DNA of 64,000 nt from the NCBI GenBank assembly GCA_052033505.1, contig JBPOJN010000014.1, positions 5,599 to 69,598 on the forward strand. Reading direction: 5' to 3'. Each line of letters begins with the position of its first letter. Within the stretch, counting starts at the first letter, position 1. This document shows positions 56,247-64,000 of the stretch, piece by piece. A program made the translations under genes and the position numbers. This DNA is from Myxococcota bacterium. Its GTDB lineage: Bacteria > UBA10199 > JACPAL01 > GCA-016699445. The notes under the pieces are model-generated. The model did not search any database, was not told where the DNA came from, and worked only from the letters and a program-made list of their open reading frames with translations.

Positions 56247-58316
56247 ATGAAGACAAAAATGATGATTTTCGCGGTGATGGCAGCAGCCTTCTTGGGCATT
56301 GGTTCCAAGGCTCATGCCGCTTGGGGACCGGATTATTGCGATTTGGTCGCAGGCACTCCGGATCAATTGGCCACGGGACTGAAAGAAGCCTTTCGGTTGT
56401 ACAGTCTTCCCGATGAAGACCGCCAATGTCGATTCGGCGTTCGCGTCAAGCTTGCGAGCAAGATCAATCTCCCGAGCGGTTTCACCTTGAATCGTTTACC
56501 TCTCCCGGGTCAGACCGAGAGATTTACCCTGAGAAAGTGCCTGACTCCGGAATCCGGTTGTCCCGAGTTATCCAATACCGATGTCGTTCTCGATTTATCG
56601 GAAGCCTCCGACATTTGCCCGATTCAAATTTCCCACTTCACCGCCGCTAAAATTGAAAACTTAAAAGTGATCGCGAAAAATCCTGCACGCGCCATTTGCG
56701 ATGACGCCGGCGTGACGATTCCTAAAGAACAAGCCAATCATCCTGCGGCTTACCTTCATAACGTAACCATTTGCTCTGTGGCGAATCCAAATTGCGAAGG
56801 CAATACGGTAGATACCGACGGCGACGGTGTGGCTGACGGCGACGACAATTGTCCTACCGTTTCCAATCCGAGCCAGACCGACACCGATGGTGACGGCCAA
56901 GGCGACGCTTGCGATACCGATGATGACGGTGACGGCATCCCGGACGGCGAAGACCAATGTCCTCTGCAGCCCGGCACGGCCGAAAATCACGGCTGTCCTC
57001 CGAACGGCGGCGATCAGGACGGCGACGGTATTCCGGATACGGCCGACCTTTGCGATCGCGATTCGACGGGCAATGCTTGCGACTCCACGAACCTCTCGGC
57101 GTGTTTCCCGAACGCCGTAGACAATCTCTGCAGCGCGATGTCCCCCGGCAGCTCTTGCAGCGAGACCGAAGACATGGATCACGACGGACGCGGTAATGCT
57201 TGCGACGTCGATGTCGATGGTGACGGTTTGTCCAACGCCTCCGATCCCGACGCGTTCGATGCCGATGCCGATAACGACGGTCTCTGCGACGGCCCGGTCA
57301 TCGTGACGGCCGTCTGTACCGAAGCTTCCGATCCTTGCCCTCTTTTGAATGGTGTGATCCGCAATACCTTAGGCCAGTGCGCTCCCGAGCCCACGAACCC
57401 GACGGACGCGGATCCGGACGGAGACGGTCTGACGAACGCGCTTGAAGACATGATCGGTACGAACCGCAACCAGGCCGATACCGACAACGACGGCGCGAAG
57501 GACGGCGTGGATTGCTACCCTCTGGACGCGACCAAGTACCTCTGCGGTGGCGGCTCGACCGTGACCGATCCCGACTTTGACAACGACGGTATCTGCGACA
57601 CGGCGCAGAGCGCGACGGATCCCATCACGGGACGCGCCTGTACACCGAACGCTCAAGGCCTCGGTGATAACTGCCCGGCCACGGCGAATCCGAATCAGGC
57701 CGACGCGAACAATAACAACGTCGGTGACGCGTGTGAAATCAGCTCCAGCATCGACGGTGACGGCGATACTTTGCCGGACGATCTCGAAGAAGGCGTGTTT
57801 CATACGGATCCGACTCTTCCGGACACGGATCATGACGGCCTGAGAGATGATGTCGAAGTCAACGGCCCGACTTACATGGGCGGCGACGGTCCTCTGAATC
57901 CGGACATCGACGGCGACGGTATCTGCGACGGTCCCGCGACGGTCACCGACATCTGCACCGCGGGCCCCAACGGCACGGGTGACAACTGCCCGATCGTCTC
58001 GAACGCCGACCAGGCGGATGAAGACGGCGACGGACGCGGTGACAAGTGTGAAGGCGACATGGACGGCGATGGCGTGGCGGACGAGGTCGACAACTGCATC
58101 TTCGTGGCGAACACGAACCAGTTGAACTCGAACGACACCGGCCCGGGCGACGCCTGCGAACCGAACATGAGCACCAGCGGCATCGACGGCGGTTGCCAAC
58201 TGAACGCCTTCGGCGAAGGGAAAGTGAACTTAGGCTCCGTCTTCCTGATGACGGCGTCCTTCGCGATCCTGCTGGGTTTCAGCGCGGTGGCACGCCGTAA
58301 AAAGGCGGACCTTTAA
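56247..58316 (+). CDS. secreted TSP3-repeat protein, paralog of 51939-55313, with a MYXO-CTERM-like tail
   Basis: GGGAGA RBS and signal peptide. The N-terminal 190 aa are ~65-70% identical to the paralog ([15 protein letters not shown]...[18 protein letters not shown]...[15 protein letters not shown]). Fewer and more irregular TSP3 repeats follow. C-terminus [11 protein letters not shown]...TM helix...RRKKADL. Confidence 0.75.
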   Translation: MKTKMMIFAVMAAAFLGIGSKAHAAWGPDYCDLVAGTPDQLATGLKEAFRLYSLPDEDRQCRFGVRVKLASKINLPSGFTLNRLPLPGQTERFTLRKCLTPESGCPELSNTDVVLDLSEASDICPIQISHFTAAKIENLKVIAKNPARAICDDAGVTIPKEQANHPAAYLHNVTICSVANPNCEGNTVDTDGDGVADGDDNCPTVSNPSQTDTDGDGQGDACDTDDDGDGIPDGEDQCPLQPGTAENHGCPPNGGDQDGDGIPDTADLCDRDSTGNACDSTNLSACFPNAVDNLCSAMSPGSSCSETEDMDHDGRGNACDVDVDGDGLSNASDPDAFDADADNDGLCDGPVIVTAVCTEASDPCPLLNGVIRNTLGQCAPEPTNPTDADPDGDGLTNALEDMIGTNRNQADTDNDGAKDGVDCYPLDATKYLCGGGSTVTDPDFDNDGICDTAQSATDPITGRACTPNAQGLGDNCPATANPNQADANNNNVGDACEISSSIDGDGDTLPDDLEEGVFHTDPTLPDTDHDGLRDDVEVNGPTYMGGDGPLNPDIDGDGICDGPATVTDICTAGPNGTGDNCPIVSNADQADEDGDGRGDKCEGDMDGDGVADEVDNCIFVANTNQLNSNDTGPGDACEPNMSTSGIDGGCQLNAFGEGKVNLGSVFLMTASFAILLGFSAVARRKKADL

Positions 58317-58351
58317 AACAAGACTCCCCCTCCCTTATAAAAAAGGGAAAA

Positions 58352-58392
58352 GCCCCTGTACCGGCGACGGTGCAGGGGCTTTTTATATTTTT
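58352..58392. terminator. bidirectional intrinsic terminator
   Basis: GCCCCTGTACCGGCGACGGTGCAGGGGC hairpin (perfect 8-bp stem), then TTTTTATATTTTT, preceded by AAAAAAGGGAAAA. It sits between two convergent genes. Confidence 0.6.
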
Positions 58393-58413
58393 GGGAATTT
58401 TTTCGAGCCGGAA

Positions 58414-59814
58414 TCAGGCGGACTTCGTCGTACGCCCGTAAATGTCGTCGAATCTCTGGATGTCGTCTTCTCCCACGTAGCCTCCGGTTTGCACTTCGAT
58501 GATGACCAGGGGCGTTTCGGAGGGGTTTTCCAAGCGATGTTTTTGGCCTTTCGGGATGAACGTGGATTCCGATTCTTTTAAGATGATTTCCGAAGACCCG
58601 TTCGTAACCTTGGCCGAACCTTGGATTACGACCCAATGCTCGGCGCGATGTTCGTGACGTTGAAGGCTGAGTTTATGGCCGGGAGCCACGACGATCCTTT
58701 TGATCTTATAACCCGCGCCTTCCTCCAAGACGGTGAACTGTCCCCAAGGCCTGAGCGTTGTGGTGCCAGTTTCCGATTTTTTCATCTGCGAAAACCCTTC
58801 GGAGATTTTTTTTACGTCCTGCGATTTCTCTAGAGGACATACTAAGACCCGATTCCCCGACTGTACGACGACCGTGTCTTTCAATCCCAGGACCCCGACC
58901 GAACCGTTTTCGGAAAACACCCAGGAATTCTGACAGTCTTCGGCGATGACGCCCTCCGAAAAAAAATTATGACGATCGTCTTGAGGAGCGTTTTGGTGGA
59001 CGGACTTCCAGGTGCCCAGGTCGTTCCAATGAAAATCGCCGGGTACGAGCGAAATGCGGTCCGATTTTTCCATAAGGCCATAATCAATGGAAAGAGAGGG
59101 CAGCGATGCGTACAGATCGGGATCGAGGAGGTTTTGAGAGGAAATTTTTTCTAAATTTTTCAACAGCTCAGGCTGATGCCTCTGCATTTCCTCCAGGAAC
59201 ACCGACGCTTTGAAAACGAACATTCCGGAGTTCCAATAACAATTCCCTTCGGCGATCAGTTTCTGCGCCGCTTCCAAGCTCGGTTTCTCGATGAAATTCT
59301 CCACGTCGTAGCCCGAAGCCGCGGTTTTTTTTGCGCGGATATAGCCGTAGCCCGTTTCCGGAGAGGTTGGTGAGATTCCGAAAGTGACGAGCTTGTCCCG
59401 GGACGCTTCCTGGAATGCGTTTTGCCAAGCCTCTGAAAAAGGACCCGAGATCAGATGGTCGGAAGGAAACACCGAGATGACCGCGTCCGGATTTTTGCGG
59501 CCGATGAGAAGCACGCCGAGCGCTATCGCCGGTAGCGTATTGCGCGCTGAAGGTTCCGCGATGACGTGGGCCCCGAGTCCCGTATGGATCTCCTCGAGTT
59601 GCCGCTTGGTTTCTTCGTAAAAGTCCGCATGGGTGACGGTGTAAATACGTTCCGCGGGAACCAGCGTCAAAGTCCGTTTCGCCGTTTTTTGAACCAGGCT
59701 TTCGGCGTCGAACAAAGAAAGCAAATGTTTCGGCTGGGATTTGCGGGACAAAGGCCAAAGCCGTGTGCCCGATCCGCCCGCGAGAATGAGACCAAAATGG
59801 AAGGGAGAAGGCAT
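58414..59814 (-). CDS. manC: mannose-1-phosphate guanylyltransferase / mannose-6-phosphate isomerase (type II)
   Basis: N-terminal LILAGGSGTRLWPLSR nucleotidyltransferase motif and a C-terminal cupin domain (...GHKLSLQRHEHRAEHWVV..G). 466 aa. Confidence 0.85.
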   Translation of the reverse strand: MPSPFHFGLILAGGSGTRLWPLSRKSQPKHLLSLFDAESLVQKTAKRTLTLVPAERIYTVTHADFYEETKRQLEEIHTGLGAHVIAEPSARNTLPAIALGVLLIGRKNPDAVISVFPSDHLISGPFSEAWQNAFQEASRDKLVTFGISPTSPETGYGYIRAKKTAASGYDVENFIEKPSLEAAQKLIAEGNCYWNSGMFVFKASVFLEEMQRHQPELLKNLEKISSQNLLDPDLYASLPSLSIDYGLMEKSDRISLVPGDFHWNDLGTWKSVHQNAPQDDRHNFFSEGVIAEDCQNSWVFSENGSVGVLGLKDTVVVQSGNRVLVCPLEKSQDVKKISEGFSQMKKSETGTTTLRPWGQFTVLEEGAGYKIKRIVVAPGHKLSLQRHEHRAEHWVVIQGSAKVTNGSSEIILKESESTFIPKGQKHRLENPSETPLVIIEVQTGGYVGEDDIQRFDDIYGRTTKSA

Positions 59815-59837
59815 AGGAGGTTGAATCGGTTTTCCGT

Positions 59838-61658
59838 TTAAGCGCTGGGACGGAGTGGAAGCACGTTTTTATTTACGGGAATATCTTTCAGGGACGAATG
59901 GATGAATTCCGGTACCAAATTTTTAATCATGCGCAGGAGGCCTTCTTTATTCGAGGCTTGAGCGAGCTTCAGGAGCTGATCGATTTGTAGGTTCAGTTGA
60001 TGCCAATCGACATGAGTGGCCCGCCCGATCGTGATGTTTTCGTATTGGGTCTTTTTCTCCGCCTCGTCGATGAGGAGCTCTTCATAGAGCTTTTCACCGG
60101 GACGCAGCCCCGTAAATTCGATGCGGATGTCCCGATAGGGTTCGCGCCCGGACAGAAAAATCAAATCTTCGGCCATTTCGGAGATACGTACGGGTTTGCC
60201 CATGTTGAGGATGAAGATCTCGCTGCCGTTCCCTAAACTTGCGGCCTGCAGAACGAGTTGGACGGCTTCGCTGATGAGCATGAAATAACGCGTCACTTCC
60301 GGATGCGTGACCGTGACCGGTCCGCCTTTATTGATTTGGTCAATAAATTTGGGGATTACGCTCCCCGAGCTGCCCAGGACATTCCCGAAACGGACGGCGA
60401 CGAATTCTGTTTTGCTCTTAGAGTTCAGGTTTTGGATGTAGATCTCGGCGATTCTTTTGCTGGCGCCCATGACGTTCGTCGGCCGCACGGCCTTATCGGT
60501 GGAGATCAAAATGAATTTTTCGACCCCATATTTCTGCGCGGCTTGAGCCACGTTGATCGTGCCCTGAACGTTATTGGTGATGCCCTCGAAGGGATTCTCT
60601 TCGACGATGGGTACGTGTTTGTAGGCCGCCGCGTGAAAGACGATAGAAGGTTTTTCTTCGGCCAGGAGTTTTTCCAATTGTTCCCTGTCCAGCACATTCA
60701 CCAGGCAGAATCTCATCGATACTTGGCGTGAAGCGAGCTCTTCTTGCAGAGAGTAGAGATTGAACTCGGAGTGATCGATCAAAATGAGCTTCGAGATTCC
60801 GTACTCGATGCATTGCCTGGAAAGCTCGGATCCGATGGATCCGCCCGCTCCCGTGATCAGGATCGTTTTGTTTTGGAGGAAGCGGTGGATCCGGGGTTTG
60901 TCGAGGTCTTTGGGTTCCCGGCGGAGCAGGTCGGAGATGTCGATATTCTTGATATTGACGTCCGTTTTGATCAATCCCGGCAGCGTCGGGACGATGCGGC
61001 AAAAGACTCCATTGCGGCGGCATTCATGCGTGATTTCCCGGGCTTTTTCGCCGGGCAGGGAGGCGATGGCGATGATCAGCTCCGAGATCCTATTTTTGGC
61101 CAAGATGGCGCTTAATCGGGAGATACCCCCAAAAACGGGCAGGTTATGGATTCTCTTGCCGATCTTTGCACGGTCATCGTCGACAAAGCCGATCAGCTTA
61201 TAAACGTTGTTTGCAGAGAGAAATTGCCGTGCGACATTTTCTCCTAACTCTCCGGCCCCATAGATAATGAGGCGTTTGGTACCATGGGCTTTTCGTGATT
61301 CGACGATGTAACGCGGGAAAAACCGTATCATGCCCGCGGCGAAGGTAGTGATGAGGTAATCAGTAACAAAGAAACCAGAAGATAATCCACGCTGTGTCGT
61401 GGTGGCGACAAAAGCAAAACAAAAAAGCGCTGAGAAAGCGGTGGCTTTAATAACAGTTGTAGCTAACGGGAAGCTCGAAAACCGGAGGACGGCATTGTAA
61501 AGTCTTAGTCTTATGAAAAAAAACAATTTGACCAATACAAAAAGTGAACAAAAAAGCCACAGAGAGGTTGGGTTCCATCCGTACCAGTGCGAACAGAGGA
61601 AAAAAGACAGCCCAAAGCACAATGTGTCTGTCGCCAAAAGCAGTCCGCGCATCTTCAC
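59838..61658 (-). CDS. membrane-anchored nucleotide-sugar 4,6-dehydratase (CapD/WbpM/PglF family)
   Basis: Four N-terminal TM helices, two Rossmann regions (LIIYGAGELG and ILITGAGGSIGSEL) and an SDR catalytic region. 606 aa. Confidence 0.85.
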   Translation of the reverse strand: MKMRGLLLATDTLCFGLSFFLCSHWYGWNPTSLWLFCSLFVLVKLFFFIRLRLYNAVLRFSSFPLATTVIKATAFSALFCFAFVATTTQRGLSSGFFVTDYLITTFAAGMIRFFPRYIVESRKAHGTKRLIIYGAGELGENVARQFLSANNVYKLIGFVDDDRAKIGKRIHNLPVFGGISRLSAILAKNRISELIIAIASLPGEKAREITHECRRNGVFCRIVPTLPGLIKTDVNIKNIDISDLLRREPKDLDKPRIHRFLQNKTILITGAGGSIGSELSRQCIEYGISKLILIDHSEFNLYSLQEELASRQVSMRFCLVNVLDREQLEKLLAEEKPSIVFHAAAYKHVPIVEENPFEGITNNVQGTINVAQAAQKYGVEKFILISTDKAVRPTNVMGASKRIAEIYIQNLNSKSKTEFVAVRFGNVLGSSGSVIPKFIDQINKGGPVTVTHPEVTRYFMLISEAVQLVLQAASLGNGSEIFILNMGKPVRISEMAEDLIFLSGREPYRDIRIEFTGLRPGEKLYEELLIDEAEKKTQYENITIGRATHVDWHQLNLQIDQLLKLAQASNKEGLLRMIKNLVPEFIHSSLKDIPVNKNVLPLRPSA

Positions 61659-62758
61659 AAGACTAAACCTCTCTTCGATTTCCTCTCAAAAAGCGATATC
61701 ACGGTGGCGAGTGACACATAAATGAGGGCCCACGACAAGAGTAAAACGAGTTTTCCTAAGGAGCTGAGTTTGGAATAAATGAGGGCGCTCGATCCACATG
61801 TAATCATCAAGACGTATTCCGCCATTACTGTTTTACGGTGTCCCCACCCATATAAAACCAATCTTTGATAGTAATGCTCCCGGTGCGCCGTCCAAAATTT
61901 TTGTCCCCTTAGGAGACGTTTCATCAGAGTCACCGTCGCGTCCACGATGAAAGGAGAAAAAATGAGAATAGGGCTCCAAAGATCAAACTTATGCTGGTTC
62001 GAAACCCCCATGACGGTCATGCCCCCGATCAAAAATCCGAGGGACGCACTGCCTACATCTCCCATGAAAATTTTTGCGGGAGGAAAATTGGAAACAAGAA
62101 ATCCTCCTGCCGCGGCCGCGATAAGGATCGAAAAGCCACATAAAATCATTGCTCCGTGATCCCACGCCAGAAGAGATAAGGAACAGCAACCCAAGACCGT
62201 CATGCCCCCAGCGAACCCGTCCATGCCATCCATGAAGTTATAAAGGTTGGTCATCCAGACCAAGAACAGAAGGGTAAAGAGGCCGGAGGCTTTTCCGAGA
62301 GGAAAGGTACCTAGGAGAGGAATCTTCAAGACATCGATTGTTGAGGATGTCACCGACATAAAAAGTGATGCAAGCAGGAATTGAATGATGAGTCGTAAAG
62401 TCGGCGTGAGACGGTGCCGGTCGTCCCAAAAAGAAAGCCCCGCCAGAAGACCCGTAAACAAGAGCAGCCAGAAAAGCGGTTTTAGTTCACGGGCCATTAG
62501 AGGAAAAAAAAACGATGGTTCGCCTTTGGTGAATAAGAACCCCGCCAAGACTGATAGCAGGACGCATGAAACGGATCCTGCTAAAATACCACCCAATATC
62601 CCAAGACCTCCCGTACGCGGGGTAGGCCTGGAGTGCAAAGAGCGTTCATTCGGATGGTCTAAGAACCCGAGGAGTGTTGTGGGGGAGCAAAAATATTTCG
62701 TCAGTAAAAAAGAGGTCAGGAAAGTAGAGAGGAGACTGAAAAAAAAGATCAGAGTCAT
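61655..62758 (-). CDS. UDP-HexNAc:undecaprenyl-phosphate HexNAc-1-phosphate transferase (WecA/WbpL, MraY-like)
   Basis: Polytopic membrane protein with SFWDDRHRL (the DD motif) and NLYNFMDGMDGFAGG (NxxNxxDGxDGL). It overlaps the neighbouring genes by 4 nt on each side. Confidence 0.8.
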   Translation of the reverse strand: MTLIFFFSLLSTFLTSFLLTKYFCSPTTLLGFLDHPNERSLHSRPTPRTGGLGILGGILAGSVSCVLLSVLAGFLFTKGEPSFFFPLMARELKPLFWLLLFTGLLAGLSFWDDRHRLTPTLRLIIQFLLASLFMSVTSSTIDVLKIPLLGTFPLGKASGLFTLLFLVWMTNLYNFMDGMDGFAGGMTVLGCCSLSLLAWDHGAMILCGFSILIAAAAGGFLVSNFPPAKIFMGDVGSASLGFLIGGMTVMGVSNQHKFDLWSPILIFSPFIVDATVTLMKRLLRGQKFWTAHREHYYQRLVLYGWGHRKTVMAEYVLMITCGSSALIYSKLSSLGKLVLLLSWALIYVSLATVISLFERKSKRGLVL

Positions 62759-63723
62759 TTTTTAAACCATCGATCAGCGAGAAATTTAGCAGCCGTTTTT
62801 TTGAGGGCTTCGTCGACCCTTACGGATGGTCTCCATGCTAATAATTTTTCTGTTTTGCTTATATCTATCTGTAACGAATCGCACAAACGTCTCGCGAAAT
62901 TCGCTCTTCCCGTCAAGCGTGCCGCCATTCGCACGGCTGAAATGGGTACTGGAATTAAGCGAGCCGTCCTGCCCAGCGCTGCCGCTGTACGGCGCAACAA
63001 GTCCGTGGTTGAGAGGTCCTCTCCGTCGCTGACTAAAAAAACTTGGTTGGCCGCTCTGGGATGATCTAAGCATGTCATAATCAAATCTACTAAGTTGTCT
63101 AGGGCCACCAGGCTGCGCCGATTAGGAATGGCTCCCAAAGGGAGGGGGAGGCCTAGCGACAGCCAGTTCATCATAGAATAGAAATTAGCCTTTACCCCGG
63201 GGCCATAAACCAGAGGGGGGCGGATGATTGTGATTTGCATTCCTGTTTCCGAACCGATTCTTTTTAAACCCATTTCTGCTTCAAGTTTACTCAAGCCGTA
63301 TGCATCGATGGGAGCTTCGAGGCTCTCAGCGGTGAAAGGATGGGCCGGAATCGTTGCTTCGCCGTTGACTTTGATTGAGCTTAAAAAAATAAAGCGCTTT
63401 ATCCCGGCTCCAGCCGCCTGTCTTGCCAAGCGCAACGTTCCATCGACGTTGACCCGGCGGAATTCTGAGAGTGGGTTTTTTGAAGCATCTTTCATGACGT
63501 GAACCCGTGCAGCGAGATGTACTACAACGTCCATGTCCTTTAAGGCTTCTGTCCAATCCATTTCAGGAGACAAGTCTCCCACCGCGGTTTGTTCCACAAT
63601 GGAGAGTGTATCCGAGAGAGGAGATCTGACCGCGCAGCGCACGCGCCATGTACTTTTCATGGAAGTTTTTTTCAAAACCTCTCTGCCTATAAAGCCTGAG
63701 GCGCCTGTGATCAATAAACGCAT
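62755..63723 (-). CDS. NAD-dependent sugar epimerase/dehydratase (SDR)
   Basis: MRLLITGASGFIGREV (GxxGxxG) and YGLSKLEAE (YxxxK). 322 aa. Confidence 0.8.
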   Translation of the reverse strand: MRLLITGASGFIGREVLKKTSMKSTWRVRCAVRSPLSDTLSIVEQTAVGDLSPEMDWTEALKDMDVVVHLAARVHVMKDASKNPLSEFRRVNVDGTLRLARQAAGAGIKRFIFLSSIKVNGEATIPAHPFTAESLEAPIDAYGLSKLEAEMGLKRIGSETGMQITIIRPPLVYGPGVKANFYSMMNWLSLGLPLPLGAIPNRRSLVALDNLVDLIMTCLDHPRAANQVFLVSDGEDLSTTDLLRRTAAALGRTARLIPVPISAVRMAARLTGRANFARRLCDSLQIDISKTEKLLAWRPSVRVDEALKKTAAKFLADRWFKK

Positions 63724-63730
63724 GGAATCC

Positions 63731-64000
63731 TCATATAGGAGAACTTTTTGAAAGCAGGATGCGATAGAAACCGGTAAAAGCTTGAGTCACCCGAGTTTCC
63801 GAAAAACGCTCGCTCGCTCTCACCTGGGCAGCTTGACCCATGCGATCGCGGAGAGTTTGGTCGGAGGCAAGACGCAGCATGGAGTCAGTGATTTCCTGAT
63901 AGGATCCGGGAGCGTGAAGAATGCCGGTAACGTTTTCCTCTACTGCGTCGGTAATCCCATAAATGCGGGACGCGACCGCCGGCAAGCCTGCTGCCGCAGC
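63731..64000 (-). CDS. glycosyltransferase (GT-B, group 1) C-terminal part; 5' end beyond window
   Basis: MPAVASRIYGITDAVEENVTGILHAPGSY... resembles the C-terminal nucleotide-sugar binding region of GT4-type enzymes. The gene continues past position 64000. Confidence 0.45.
   Translation of the reverse strand, partial: AAAAGLPAVASRIYGITDAVEENVTGILHAPGSYQEITDSMLRLASDQTLRDRMGQAAQVRASERFSETRVTQAFTGFYRILLSKSSPI

Overview
This is a high-GC bacterial chromosomal window (~60% GC away from one island) whose secreted-protein repertoire looks like Myxococcota or Bdellovibrionota. Secreted proteins carry a Myxococcus-type cysteine-rich repeat, thrombospondin type-3 (TSP3) repeats, PMP-like beta-helix repeats and a shared C-terminal GGC[SQ]L motif. 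Housekeeping genes are recognisable from motifs: di-heme cytochrome c peroxidase, glutamate synthase gltB and gltD, ribosomal protein L32, rpiB, corA, pabB and pabC, transketolase, and an EVE-domain protein lying convergent to an EEP-family nuclease. A polysaccharide operon runs off the right edge (manC, capD/wbpM-like dehydratase, wecA-like transferase, epimerase, partial glycosyltransferase). Three regions deserve follow-up. (1) A tight plus-strand operon (23483-32397) encodes an atypical fatty-acid-synthase-like machine: a FabD-like acyltransferase with a 250-aa C-terminal extension, two divergent ketosynthases, a FabV enoyl reductase fused to a MaoC hot-dog dehydratase, and a PlsC-like acyltransferase. 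(2) A mobile, partly low-GC island (about 36.8-49.6 kb) lies behind transketolase. It holds a 1008-aa protein with an amidase signature, an orphan Phd/YefM antitoxin (missed by the ORF track), a diverged copy of the transketolase 3' end, a RHH-PIN toxin-antitoxin pair, an IS30 element with 12-bp inverted repeats, and an operon of four large uncharacterised proteins (661, 335, 899 and 1075 aa). The 1075-aa gene has a G10 tract near its 3' end. (3) Two paralogous TSP3-repeat surface proteins share a conserved unknown N-terminal domain and flank a BI-1/YccA membrane protein. Their MYXO-CTERM-like tails (GGC[SQ]L + TM helix + basic cluster) have the same GGCSL core as three other secreted proteins that stop right after the motif. 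No rRNA, tRNA or CRISPR was seen. Many ORF-track entries are antisense or repeat artefacts and were rejected.
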